This document shows positions 11,949 to 25,985 of a stretch of 55,112 nt of DNA, piece by piece (positions within the stretch are counted from its first letter, which is position 1; every line of letters begins with the position of its first letter). This stretch comes from Seison nebaliae. Its lineage: Eukaryota. The notes beneath the pieces were generated by a model. It was not told the origin of the DNA, did not search any database, and worked only from the letters and a program-made list of their open reading frames with translations. Position numbers and translations under genes: made by a program. Where the stretch lies: positions 1-55,112 of the forward strand of contig JALJEE010001125.1 of NCBI GenBank assembly GCA_023231475.1, in the 5' to 3' direction.

Positions 11949-13439
11949 TTAACCCTTTGCAGGCTAAACAAAAGAAAAATATTTGGTGAGAATGCTTATA
12001 CAAGTAAGTGTACTATACAAGTAAAATTAAAAGAATATGAAAAGAAGCTAAATAGCTAAAAATTATTTTAGTTACGTTCAGCAGTAAAAAATATCAACAT
12101 TCTTGACAATAAGGAGAATTTTAAACTTTAGCTGAAACACTATTAATTTCGATTAATCTAATCATTTTCTAATCTGGAATATTACGATTCGTCCGATTCC
12201 GAGTTATTTTCTGATGAGGAACTTCTTGAAGAAATAACAAATCACTCTCTAAACAAAACTACGCTAAACGAAGAAAACGAAAATTTAGAAGAACAAGAAA
12301 ATTATTCTCTAAAGTTATGTAACCGAATCAAAACGAATACTGTTATCGAATATTTTCAACTTTTTTTGACAACTACGATTTGACTTATCAATTGATTGAC
12401 AATTTGATTGACAATTTGATTTTATCAAATGAGAACCGAATATTAACTTCAGAAGAATTCTACATCTTCATTGGCATAACCATATGCCGTACATTTACTA
12501 ATTGCACGACTGAAGAATTATGGTCAACTAATCCAATTGTTTGCAACTTATATATTCAAAAATATCTGGGTATAAACATATATATAACAATTCTAACAAG
12601 ATATTGTAAGTATACTTACATTTAAGTAGTAATTTAAGTTTAGTGAATGATGAAAACATATGCGAGGATGATAAATCGGACAAATTGAAGAAGATGCGGT
12701 ACATTTTGGATGCAGTAAGAGAGAGATGCAAAGCCGTTTGTGAAGTTAGAAAGAATATTTCGATAGATGAGGCGATGCAGGCATTTTAGGGAAAATTCCA
12801 TTTAATTCAGTATAATTCCATGAAACTAATCAAAAGAGGATTCAAGATTTGGTCCATGACCGATGCTACATCAGGATATAGCTATAATTTTAGTATCTAT
12901 GTCGGAAAAGAAAACAAAGTAACGAACAAATATGGTTTGGGTGAAAAGGCAACAATTTCCATTAACAAAAAAAGCATTGAAAGAAAGAGGTTCTCGGCTA
13001 ACCGACAAGATTGGTGCAGTTCACTTCTTTGTATGGGTTGATAAAAAGGCACGTTGCCAACTTCGGTGTATCCGGCAACTGTTACCAGAAAAGATAAATT
13101 TGGACATAAAGTCAGCATTCCTTATCCGCATGTTGCGATGGATTATAATAAAAATATGGGAGGTGTTGACCATTCAGACCAACTTGTTAGGTCATACCAT
13201 AATTGTAAAAGATGAAGCATCAAATGGTATATGCCGTTGTTCTACTATTGGATTGATATTTGCATAACGAATTCTCATGTACAATTCTCACCTAACCAGC
13301 AAAAAAATTAGCTCGCGAAGTTATCGTTATCTGCTAGTAGAAGCATTGTTTGAATTAGGTGGTTTTCAAAGAAGAAAAAGTCGAACAGCGTCATCAAATT
13401 CATCAATTTCATCATGTATTAACCATTTTTATCTGTTCA
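11949..13439 (+). mobile_element. Decayed piggyBac transposon (transposase pseudogene)
   Basis: TTAA (11949-11952) followed by CCCTTTGC marks the left end. Fragments SIDEAMQAF*GK, KRGFKIWSMTDATSGYSYNFSIYVGK, DYNKNMGGVDHSDQ and KWYMPLFYYWIDICITNSH carry stops and frameshifts. No right terminus found. Confidence 0.9.
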
Positions 13440-13931
13440 TCTGTGAGTTTATTCAACTTTCTCCCAAATAATTTCTCATTTTCGTCGAGCAAGACGTAAT
13501 TGTTCGTTTTCATTCAAAAGGAAATTCCATTGAACATTCCAAATTTTGAATATTCTAACAAAGAATTATTCGTCCAACTATCATCTAGCATTTTAAATTT
13601 ATCAAAACAAAATCAAAAATGTATTAATTAGAATTTAAATGATGCTGGTTTAATTCAAACGGATTTCCTGTTACTCCACTAAATATACCACTTAAATGAT
13701 CTAACTTCGATTTTTCAGTTCTGAAAAATAAAAATTATTTTGGATATATTACCCAATAATCCTTAATTATTCGAAGATATTAGAAATGGTGTAAAAAGAA
13801 GAAATATTCTTGAAGCTTAAATTTAAATTGTAAATTATCCTTTAAATTTAATTTGGGATGTGCTTCAAGAGAGATTGTCGTGGCAACGACATCTTAGGAG
13901 AAAGAACATTATTCTTCAATTCTCAAAGGAA

Positions 13932-14442
13932 ATGGAGAATAAGGTGCCAGTTGAACTGTTATTAAAATTTGTGAGTCATATTCAATCGAAAAAATGGGGG
14001 CTTGCAGATATATTGAGATTAGAAATCCTAAAATATGAACCTGACAACAAAGTGGTGGAACTATATGGACCTATGATAAAGACGATGTTAGAAGCATATG
14101 GCGGAGGTTAATCGAACTAATTGAACTGATTATATGTTATCGAAAATTCCCATCAACATAGGTGACCAATCTTCGGATTCCGATAAAACTGACGACGAAT
14201 CAACGGAGGATTCTCTTTCAGCTTCAGACTCGGAATCTGGCAACGATTCCTCCGATAATTTGTTGAATCGAAATACGAATAATTTGACTCTTCTCAGTGA
14301 CGACGAAACGTCTTCTGAAGAAGAAGATGACGATGATGATGATGATGACGATGATGATGACGAAGAAGACGAAGATGATGATGACGAGGATGATGATGAT
14401 GATAATGATGATGCAGTTTCCTCATCAGACGAAGAGAATTAA
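13932..14442 (+). CDS. ERICH2: Glutamate-rich protein 2-like with Asp-rich tail
   Basis: KVPVELLLKF...LADILRLEILKYEPDN...IKTML resembles the ERICH2 core (APLEL..F...LAKKL...ILIYEPEN). An in-frame phase-1 intron 14107-14161 joins the acidic exon, and AATAAA lies near 14487. Start codon uncertain. Confidence 0.6.
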
Positions 14443-17400
14443 ATTAACATGTCTCCTAACACATCGATATGTCCATTTATCTGTATAAATAAAATTTCTT
14501 TCGAGTTCATAATTCCTTTCTGTTTTTAGGATTAAGTTGTTATCAAATTTTAATTTGTGGCAATCTTAAATAAATGGACAAGATTGTGGTTGGTGACCCT
14601 AATCCCCTTATTTACTTATTGACAGGTGAGGAAAGCAAGTAAAGCAAACAGCAATCAACTCTCGATCGATTAAGTTTATTCCTCCTTATTGGCACTCTCG
14701 AAAGGAGAGAATAGAGAATGTCTCTTCATTCACTCAAATTAGCAGATGAATGACCCGTTGTTAAAACGAAAGGCAAATAAATGTGGTTGGCGAGAAGTTA
14801 TTAAAGTTATGATTAAAACTCAATAAGTTAATAGATTTCTCTCTTGTTGAAACCTGAGACGTGAAAGGTGTGATGAAATGGACGATTGAAAACGAAATAA
14901 TTCTTTCCAAAATAAAAGAGTCCAATCTGATTTTATCGAAAGACAATACAGACACATACATCACTAATCTATCAGTTCGATACACTTTATTTTTCGTTTG
15001 ACTCCTCCATTTCGTTTTTCACCTCGAACTCAGCATTCTTCCTACGACAGTCACAGACTGTCAACATTCCCAATTCTATAATCATTTTACGAGAGCAAAC
15101 ATTTCTCCGATTGACTACAAGGAATGAAAAATTTTCGCTGTTTCCTCATCATCTTCTCATTCCTTGTTTTACCCATTCCACCAATAACGTCGAGAGAATG
15201 ATTCCTTATTATTGTCGATCTTATGGATTCTCTCACTTCGTCCCTATCGTATTTATGTTCATTACATAATTCCAATATCTCCAAAACACTTTTTATCATC
15301 TACAGGCGACACGTACAATCCAAAGAAGTGCGATAGATCAAATTTCAGATGAATAAAAAAAACGAAGTTGAAGATAGATTGGTGCTTCTTTCTCTTCGTA
15401 TCGAATTCGAAGATATTTCAACATATTCCATATCAATTCGATTCATCGTGAATAGTGGAAGATATCGATAGAATTAACCTTCAACCATTCTTTCTTCTCC
15501 GTCATCTCTTGGATATTTTCTCTGGTGTTTTCCTTTTCATCAAATTTTTTATTTCCATTGATCAAATATTACCTAGATAAATGAAATGTTCTCCTTCATC
15601 AAATTTCCCAATTTTACTCGCAATTCTTTCCAGTAATTCCCATTTTGAGGTAATCGTAGAATATTTAGTATTTGCTTTAAATCGAATAAAGAATGCAGTC
15701 ATTTGATGATCTAACTACTTTAGTTGAGTAAAGATCATTTACATTGGAAGAAGTTGGGTAAACATATTTGAAATTTTTGTGCGTTTGAATTGAGCGGCAG
15801 AAGATTGAAGGATGACGACGCGTTTACTGGAGAGACTTTAAACGAAAAATCTTCACTGCTTCACTTTACCGGCGAATGAACACCACTGTTCTTATTTGCA
15901 CAATTAATGGAACATGTCGACAAAACGGAATTTGTCAGTCAGTAAATATGAGGAGAGTAAATCAGTTCCAACCACAACTGATTGTTGTCGTCCGATGAAA
16001 TTCGATCAGTACTGATGTTTAATTAAAAAAGCAACAGAGACGAGACGAGTTGTCCGAATATCGAAGTGGAAGAGAGAATTAATGATGCTTGAATTTGGAA
16101 GAATTGAAAAGTGGAAGATCTTGTTTTCTTCCAACCAATTATTCTCGCACGATTTATAAAAACTTTCCATCATTTATCTCCTCGTATGTTTATCATTAAT
16201 ATTCACACGGAAATTTCTTCTCATCCACCGTCAGCTCATTTAATGAGGTCATAAATCAAAACTTGTTCGATTGCTCTCACACAATGTCATAATTCCTCGA
16301 TCTTCATTCTTATTCGACGACACGACGACATCATTTTCATCGTCTCGCTAATCATTTCTATTTTACTCCACTTCGACTTTTCTCGCTTTTACATGTTTGC
16401 TTAATCAACTCTGTTTGCTTTCTGATTCTTCAATTTGTCGCCTGCTGCCAAACACGTATATACGCCATAATTCCAATGGCAGATCGATTTCATTCTCATT
16501 CTTCTTGTCAACATTCAATTCTCCTTTCTCCACCTACTCACCCTCCTTATTGAGCGTGGAGAATTGTCTCTATCAGAAATCTTCATTTAAATTCGTGAAG
16601 AAAATTAATCCAGCTTGATTTCCGGTGGTGAAACATTCTTCGCGCATTTGTCTCCCGTTCAACTCCTAATCTATCTCAGTCTACCATCAATTCTACCATA
16701 AATTGATCAATTGTTTTCTCCATCACAATTCTCATTAATTATCGCTCACGATATGAAGTGTAGAATGTTCGATGTGTAAACCGAATGTTTCTTCTGTTCT
16801 TCAACACTTATTCCATCCGCTTTATCATTCAAAAACTCTTCAAACGAACAAAACTATTCCAATTTTTATTTCCTCCTTTTCACAAACATTCGCAGGTTCT
16901 TCTTTTCCGTTGTCTCCTTTCCAATTTTTTATAAGCATTTTTAGTTCATTCTCAAATTAGTTTCGATCGACTTAAACGATTCGACTAATGTCGAGAAACG
17001 ATTTCACCTATTCCACTTTCTGATTGGCGACGATATTTCACCACATCGCCAATGAATTTGACAATCTCTCAAAGGAACGAAAGGAACGTCACATTTCTTT
17101 ACTTCTCTATCAACAATATCGTCGTGATGATTTATCATGTTCGAAGTGAATCAATGCTTTTCTTCAGAGATATGCATACAATGAATTTACTTGGAATAAA
17201 CATGATTCCCTTTTTTAGGGAAGGAACATGAAAATGATGGAAATAGTAATGAGAAGAGTTTGCTATAGTCGAACAAAAAAGATTTTCCGTTTTCCCATGT
17301 TAAACTATTAGAAAAAGTTTGTATTTGGAGTGAAGGGAACGGGGAGGAATGTACATAAAAAAACACAATAATTTTTCATTGAATAATTCGTAATATTTAT

Positions 17401-19279
17401 TATTCATTCCTACATTTTCTTCCCAAACCGAATAGCCGCCTCCACCTCCGAATTTCATACAGCTCGATTTTAGGGGTGGAGCAGGAAGAATGATTACTCT
17501 TCATTATCATATACACAATAGACCTAATGGAATTGATGTTTCAGTCATTTTGATTATAAAATTTTATAGTTCTTTCACCCTCCTCTCCATCAAATTATTA
17601 TTAGCATACTTTTCTATATGTAATGTTATTGTTGTTGATGTTGTTGGTATTGTTGTCGACAGAATTGACACGATTTTATTCATATTTTTTCCGTTAAACT
17701 CTATCTCTCTCGTCACGTCAATTGACACTTGATCTGTCATTCCTTTTTATTCGTATCGGTTTGTTAGTTTCTTCAACTGAACCTTCTCTCCACCTTTTCT
17801 TTTTCATGGCAACTGTCACCACCTTTCGAAATGATCTCTCGGAATTGAAATGTCTCGATAAATTTTTGAAAATGAAATTATTTTTCTCTTGAAACTCTTT
17901 CGTGTTCTCGTTTAAAAGTTTTAGAAATTAATTTCGAAAAATTCAAACAACCTATTCCATCCGACGGAAAAGAAGCAGACGAATAATTTTAAACGATCAT
18001 AATCGTCAAATGAGGAATCATATAATGAAATATGTTTAGAGAAAAGGAGAAATGTGATAAAAAAATTTGGGTCTTTTGTATTCCATAAGATTATATTTAA
18101 AATGGAAGTAAAATTTCTTTATCGAATATATATGGTGTGGCATATCAGTTTACATGATCTATTCAATTCCTACTATTCTCCAAATATTCGAAGAGAATAG
18201 AACTGTTAAAGAAAAAAATGTTCAATTTATTCCATCCCTCCCTCCTCTCTTCTCTTCCATTCTATTCTATTCAACGATTGACGTTATTTATCTTTTTCCT
18301 AATAATTCCTCGAAAAAAAAGTTGTAGTGTATTTATTTTGGGTGATAGTAGAAGGAAACAGTCGAATAAAGTCGGCAGTGGCTCGACATCGTTTCAAGTG
18401 AGAACACAGCTGTTTTTATGATAATTTTTTCTTCTTAATTACTCCGATAATAATGACGATGTTGATAATGATGATGATGATGATGATTTTAAAGAATGAT
18501 AGTTGTGTCTAAATAGAAATGAGAATAATAAATTTGTGGAATGGAAAGAAAGAATGGTGAGGAGAAGAGACAAAGATAGACAGAAGTGTTTCAACAACCC
18601 ACAAGAAACGATGGAAAATGTCAGATTTCCGCTGTAGTATCCCTATCATGTTTCAGGTGGTTTTCTCGCCAATCCATTCCTCTATCGATCTCCATAACCT
18701 CCTCCGTAAATGATTCGAAGTAAATGATGGAACGGCTATTTATTATTATCATCGTGTTGAATTAGATTCCAAGAGAGTGTGAAGAATTGTATCAGAAATG
18801 TATTTTCGGTTTGATATTTTGGTTTCTGCCGATTTCTAATATCATAATGTGAACAATTGGGATGGGGAGAGAATTAAAGTATTCAATCGGCATACGAACG
18901 ATCTAAGACTTATCGATTCGGAAATATAATCAGACATGTTAATTGCATGGAACTGATTGGAGTAGAGCTGCTATTCTTCCGAGAGATAGAAGAATTGTTT
19001 AAGATTTATTCTCCGACTTTGACATTCATTCAACTGGAAATGATTCAGTTCATCGTCGATATCTTTCACCGCTGAAACCAATTATCATTCATTATTCTTT
19101 ATCAAAGTCTTTCCATTTCCTTCTTCCATTCTCAGTTATTCGTATTCTCTAACAGAATTCTTTCGTTAAAAAAACAGGAAAAAATTGTTTTGATATTCGA
19201 TAGTAATTTGGATCTTATTCCATTATCTGGAGAACATAAACTAATCGTGCTCATTCACTTATAACGTCGATCAATATTG

Positions 19280-21452
19280 ATGGATTCGACGAAAGCTGAT
19301 TATTTCTATCAGCTACCATTGGGAGAGAAGACGGAATCGATTGCTTTATCCAATTATCATCCGATTTATTCACAATATATCAAATGTTTAGGAGACAAAT
19401 CGGAGGAGGTTGGCGAACCTCCTGCCAAAATAATGAAAGATGATACAATTTATCAATATTTCTCTAACATCGATCAAGACCAATTACATCGACAACAACA
19501 ATTATCGTGTCATCAACAACAACAACAGCAGCAGCAGCCACTTCAACAAAACATCTATTTGGAGAGTTCTATATCGAACCAATATTGTGATTTGATGAAT
19601 AATTGCAAGAAAGAGTGTGAGCAGTTCTCTGACAGTTCCACCGATTTCCCGAAGAAGATGTCCAATGGGAACGAAGTTAAATCGTCTAATGGAGATGATA
19701 GTGGAAGATGTGAGAGTAGCGAAGGTTCCACTAGTGACAGCAGTGTTTACAGTGCACACATCGATACATTCTATCCGAATGTGTGCGAGGAGAAGAAATT
19801 ATCGAATAATATTGAGAAGAATGACACTTTAGATATTACCATGCAATTTCCCAATAAATGTCAGCCGAATACGGAAAGTGGAAAATCCATGAATAACGAA
19901 AATGAAACTCAAGAAATTAATCAAAATATGACAATGAACAACTTTACCGATCTACAATCCTATTATAATTATTATTATTGTCAACAAATGGCCGAACAGC
20001 AACGACAACAACAACAACAATTACAAGAATCGACTCAAAATAATCCATCTCAAAATCAAAATATCATCAACAACAACAACAACAGTAATAAGAATAATAT
20101 TCATGTGAATGTTAGTCAAATTCAAAATAATGAAAATAACAACAACAACAATATTAATAATAATAATAATAATAATAATCAACGAAATTTAAAAAACGAT
20201 CAAACTGATGGAGCAAATAATACCAGGAAAACTGGTGAGAATGAGGAGAGTATGAGGAAGTTAATTTCTGACAATTTCACATCGACAAACACATTCCAAT
20301 CAACATGGGACAATTCGGCCATGACCGATTTGTTGATGTGTAACGGAAATGTTAAAGAGGAATTGAAGGCACCGTCGGATCCATTCACGAACGACAACGA
20401 CTCCGATGTGAAGAATGAGACGTTATTGAATTTAGATTCGACTAACATCCATCGTCAATCCGCCAACATACAATCCCAAGTGAATGAAGCTCAATTGCTG
20501 AATACAGCACTAGCTCAACTCCATACATTGCAACAACAAAGTCAAATTCAGTCATCCTTATCCGAACAAGAACAACAACAACATGCTGTAATAGTAGCCC
20601 AACAATTAGCGGCCGCAGCTGCAGTAGAATTTAATCCATTAGATCCTCGTACACAAGTTTTCATGCAACAACAGAATGCAGTTATTCAACAACAAATGAA
20701 TTATTCGGCTACATTGATGGCTCAAGCTGCAATGGATCAAGCGTGTGAAGAATTGTTATCTCAATTCTTCCAACCCAACGGCGACGTCATTCCCGCTTCC
20801 GATTTTAAATTCACTCCATATCAAGTCGGTTGTGTTTGTGAAGTACTTGAACGGAGTGGCAAGATCGATCAGCTACAGAGATTTTTATGGGCCTTACCTC
20901 AACTCGAGAATATTCAACAAGATGAAATCATCATGAAATCGAAGGCTCTTGTCGCATTCCATCGTGAGAATTATCGCGACTTATATCGAATTTTAGAATC
21001 GAGACAATTCTCTCCCAAATATCATTCACAAGTTACTTTTCTTTTTTTTTCATTCTCAATTTATTCATTTAAATTTCTAGTTACAACAACTTTGGTTGAA
21101 AGCACATTATGCAGAAGCGGAAAGGTCGCGCGGAAGACCGTTGGGTGCCGTCGGAAAATATCGCGTACGAAGGAAGTTTCCTTTACCACATACCATTTGG
21201 GATGGTGAACAGACATCTTATTGTTTCAAAGAGAAATCGAGAACTTTATTGCGTGATTGGTATCAACAGAATCCTTATCCTTCACCAAGAGAAAAACGAG
21301 AATTGGCAAACGTTACTGGTCTTTCAGCGACTCAAGTATCTAACTGGTTCAAAAATCGTCGACAACGTGACAGGGCGGCAGTGGAGAACGGAGGAAATTC
21401 CACGGGAAATAGTTTAGAAGAAAACCAAAAATTCGATGATAATTCCCAGTGA
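19280..21452 (+). CDS. Six1/2: Six1/2 (sine oculis) homeobox transcription factor, 707 aa
   Basis: SIX domain [13 protein letters not shown]...FLWALP. Homeodomain [15 protein letters not shown]...[13 protein letters not shown]...[16 protein letters not shown] (K50). One intron, 21032-21080. Confidence 0.93.
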
Positions 21453-21805
21453 AAAAAGGATCATTGATTACAACACTCAAATCAATTCGAGCACAACAAC
21501 AACTCTATTTTCTACAATTTTTTTAATTTATATGACAATCAATATTATTCTTCATTTTATTATTCCATCAAAACATCTCTCTCTCTCTCGCCCTACCAAT
21601 GTTCATATCGAATTTCCTTCCTTTCTATCTCATTCATGTTCGTGTCTCCAATCTCATTCAAAGTGTCAATAATTTATTTGCAATATTTGCTCTTTATTCT
21701 CTCCTTTACTAATCAAACTCAAAAAAATTTAAGAAAATAAACTTTTATTATTGAAACTAATTGAAAAGTTTTAATTGTCCAAATTCTTAACAATACAAAC
21801 TAACA

Positions 21806-22119
21806 ATGGACGATTCGAGTTGTAAAATTTCATCATTCCAACAAATCCTCTTGATTCTTCTCACATTTCTCGCTTTGACATTAGTCGTCGTTGTCGTTCT
21901 AAGAACAATTATCATTTGTTTCCCCACTCAGGCCGATCACTACATTCGTCGACGGCGAATCATGTTAAATTTCAGCAATCGTTATAAAAAAAATTTGGGA
22001 AATTATATCATTTTTTCTAGTGCTGGGGGCCGTTAGTTCATTGAATTAAATGATTATCCGTAAACTCCTTCCTTCAGGTGATAAAGACTATCGATATGAG
22101 CGACTCTCAGATTGGTAAC
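21806..22119 (+). CDS. Putative small single-pass membrane protein
   Basis: ATG, hydrophobic ILLILLTFLALTLVVVVVL, then RRRR. A GTT donor at 21981 and AG acceptors at 22020 and 22077 follow. 3' structure is ambiguous. Confidence 0.3.
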
Positions 22120-22961
22120 TTGAGGCAAACATTTCTCATCAATTCTCATAACGATAAAAAAGTTTATAAAAATACTTTTTCTCATTCGCAAAGATTCATT
22201 TCGAAAATATTATAGTTTTGGAACAAATTTATGATGATTCTTCTAATGAAATCGTGAGTTATGAACCACCAAAAATATCGATATTACCAAATATAATCAA
22301 CAATTTTATTTTGTGAATATTTTTCAGTGAGTGAGTATGGTCATTTCAATAATTTACCATAAATTATAGTTATTATGGTTTTTTATAAAAAATTTCCAGA
22401 TGTTTTTTCCAATATTTCTTCATCGAAATTATCATAAACTTTTTCAATTTTCCCTCGAAATTATCATAAGTTTTTATAATTATTTCTATCGACATTTTCA
22501 AAGTTTTCATCAAATACTAATTTCATCAATTTCTATTAAAAATCGATAATCTTCAATGAAAAATGCATGAATAATCTTTGGGTTTTGAGGTGGAATTTAT
22601 TCTATCCATATTTGGAGATGAGCGATAGATTGTGGAGCGCTATAGACGACATGATGGAAATAGAAGAGAAACGATAAAATATTTATAAAACATATAAAAG
22701 TGATGAATGGTGGTGGTGGTAGCGCATATGTGTAATGTATATTATTCATTGCATCATCTGCTCTATCATGAATATGTATTGTTGTTTCATGTGAGTCTGG
22801 AGTGTTGACGAAATGTGCTCTTAATTGCAGACGGGAATGATATGGAATTCTCATAATGTTGTCGTTTATTATGAAATAATCAATTAATGATTTGTCATTT
22901 GTAAGTTGGGAAGGAAATGGTAATAGATACAAATATATATATTATTCTTTCCCATTCGTTT

Positions 22962-24974
22962 TTAACGTCGTCGAATTTCGTTATTGTTATTTCTTAAATT
23001 ACGGTTCTTCTTCGTACGTTTATTCTTCCTCATAAAACAACAACAACTAATTGGAAGAAGGTGAATTAGAAATAATGATGAATAATACGAACAGTTTGAT
23101 ATCAGCTGAATTCTCTTCAATTGTTGTTTGATTATGGTGCTGGAAAGAAAGAAGAAATGTTACCAAAAAATATAAACAAATAAAAATTCCTACTTCCACA
23201 TTCCGATTATTCACATTCGAATTCGCTTGAATTTGATCATTATTCAATCGACTCATTTCTCGTTTGGTGTCGGGGGGATGATTTTGAATGTTCGTCTTAT
23301 TCACATTCGTACCAGGAACATTTCTTGAGCGATTCTGATGGAAAGAGAAAATGAAAGAACAAACGAATAAATTGTCCAACTAAATTTTTGCTTTGAATAT
23401 ATTCCTGAGAGGTGAGAGAAATTAAAGAAATTTAATAAATTTAATTGAAAAAGAAAAACAGTCTTAACAGTTTGTTTGGAGACCCAGTCGAACATTTCGT
23501 CATTCTTCCAATCTTGTTTCGCCATTAACGATTCGAATAATTTGATGAGTGTTCCATAATTCGGTTCCGCATAAAAATCCAGACCGCGAACATATGTCAA
23601 ATATTCGGCGAATTCCACTACGGAAGAATAAAGAGTTCAATTGGCAACAATCACAAAATGGAACTTGGAAGAGAACTGCACAATTGCTCGATTGTTGTAT
23701 TTCGTTTCGTATCTCCGATTTTTTGATATCTCTCCTTCAACGTATCAGCTTTCAAGCCTTGCCATGGCAACGATCCTTTCAGAAAATACATGAACATATG
23801 TCCTAATGCTTCCAAATCATCACGTCTCGATTGTTCTATAAAATATTTGGGAAAAAAATGTTTAAAAGAATATTTTGGAAACCAAATTAGAAAAAACTAT
23901 TTTAATATTTAGGAAAAACAATTTTAAAACAATATTTAGGAAAAAAAAATTTAAAAGAATATTTTGGAAAAAAAAAATTTTTAATTTCATATGAGAAGTT
24001 GTGAACCTCGTCCGAGATGAGTATTAATACTCATATATCTCGCCGTTCCAGTTAATGATTTATGTTCTTTGAATGGAATGTGCTGTTCTATGGAAAGAAA
24101 ATGGAGGGAGGTAATTATTCAGATGAAGGAGAGAAATATTAACTCGTATTTTGATCGATGTATTCTTTGGCGAGACCGAAGTCGATGATATGGATGAGAT
24201 GACTGCGCTTGTTCGCCGTTCGACCGATGAGAAAATTCTCTGGTTTCACATCCCGATATATCAGATGACAGGAATGAACATATTGCATTCTCTTTATCTG
24301 CAGAAGAAGTGAAATAAGAAGAGTATGAAAGAAATGGAAGACGTGGACGAACCAATTGAATTGCTATCATGCAAACAGTTTTAACGGAAAACTTCCGTTC
24401 GCACATATCAAATAATTCTTCTAGACTTGGACCGAGCAGTTCAATGACTAACGCATGGTATTTGCCCACGGTACCATAATGAAAACATTTTGGAATACCT
24501 TCATGTTCACCGAGTTGTTTGTAGAAGCGATGTTCCAAGTTTAATTGTGGTGCACGTGCTTTCACCGATTCCTGTAAGATGGTTTTTTCGAATATAAAAA
24601 AATTTCAATATTTCTCAATCAATTTCGTCATAAAATTATTGTATTTCAAAATAAAATTATTTTCTTATTCAAAAAAAATTTCTTTTGAAAATAAATTTTC
24701 TGATTTCAAAAAAAAAGGATGATGATGGGAAACTAACCAATTTGATTGCAATATAGTCGCCCGTTTGTGTATCGCGGGCGAGTCGAATTTCACCGAAATT
24801 GCCACTGCCAATTTTCCTACTGACCTTGTACCTCTGATTGACGATCATCGGCTCTTTTCCAGACGACGAATTACCGGAACTTTGTCGACTGCTCGACACT
24901 TGTCGAGACGCACCAATCACTCCAACATTGTTGTTGTTAGTATTATGATTATTATTATTATGTTGATGATGATG

Positions 24975-25007
<33 letters not shown>

Positions 25008-25205
25008 GTTATTGTTATTTGTGTGGTTACTGTTTAATGCGTTTAATTGTTGTTGACTATTGCCAGCCGTATTAGTGAGAACAAGATTGGAACCGTGCAT
25101 TGGCACCTGACTATGATTGGCGGCGCCAGTGCTCCTTCCATTTCCCTCATACATTTCTTTTTGTTGTAATGGTTTTGTAATTGGATGAAAACCGTTTTCT
25201 CTCAT
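22962..25205 (-). CDS. CSNK1G: Casein kinase 1 gamma (gilgamesh)
   Basis: [90 protein letters not shown]. The spliced C-terminus IKLCCCFMRK is the gamma-type palmitoylation motif. Poly-Asn N-terminus. Confidence 0.95.
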
Positions 25206-25825
25206 GTAATAAATAACGAATGAATAATATAAATATGAAAATTGTTCAACAAGACGTTCCTATCAATTCGAACGGATTCATAGTTCGTTAACGATATCCC
25301 GATTAATATTCACTGAGAACGGCTGTGGGAAAAGTGGGGAAGAATGGAAATATATGTATAAAATAAGAAGAATAATATCAGATATATTCAATCGGAATAT
25401 TGATGGAATAATTTTTGTTAGAATATAATTGGAATAACGCTCTCCCAATTATTTGAAATGGAATAGAAAATTTTTTTTTCGTTTCTCTTCTCCCAATTTA
25501 ATTGAAAGAACGACAAGTTGACTTTTTCTTTTTTAAAATATTGTTACTTATTGTTGTTGTTGTTTCGATTCTTTCGTCTTCTGATACTGATTTGTCATTA
25601 GAAATTTCTTCAAATAATAAATGTTGTTCTTGTTGTTCGATTGAGTGAATAAAAAGAGAAACTTGGAAATATTTGTTGGAAAATAAAAAAAGAAAGAAAG
25701 AAAGAAAAAATGAATAGAAATGTGCTTGTATGTAGATATGTGATTCTATCGACGAAGATTATTCTTTTTAATATTTTTTTTATTCTTCAAATATTTATTG
25801 ATGTATTGATAGATCATTGATGATA

Positions 25826-25985
25826 TGTGTGTGTATATGTGTGCTTTTCTGTGTATATATTCGTGTACGTGTGTTTGTGTGTGTATGTGTGTGTGTGGGG
25901 GTGAAGATATATAAATGAACTAAATTCTTCCGTGTGTATTTATCGTCCCGGCAATCAGTAGTAAGATGTGTGTGTGTGTGTGTAT
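25826..25985. repeat. Imperfect (GT)n microsatellite cluster
   Basis: Several gtgtgt tracts; a (CA)n tract also lies at 27321-27354. Confidence 0.8.

Noticed and set aside
13827..13880. YPLNLIWDVLQERL resembling the Tc1/mariner DLNPIENLW motif
   Set aside because: Too short, no other transposase motifs, and the frame continues into the ERICH2-like gene.
15087..15930. Short - strand ORFs upstream of Six1/2
   Set aside because: No recognisable motif or coherent splice model.
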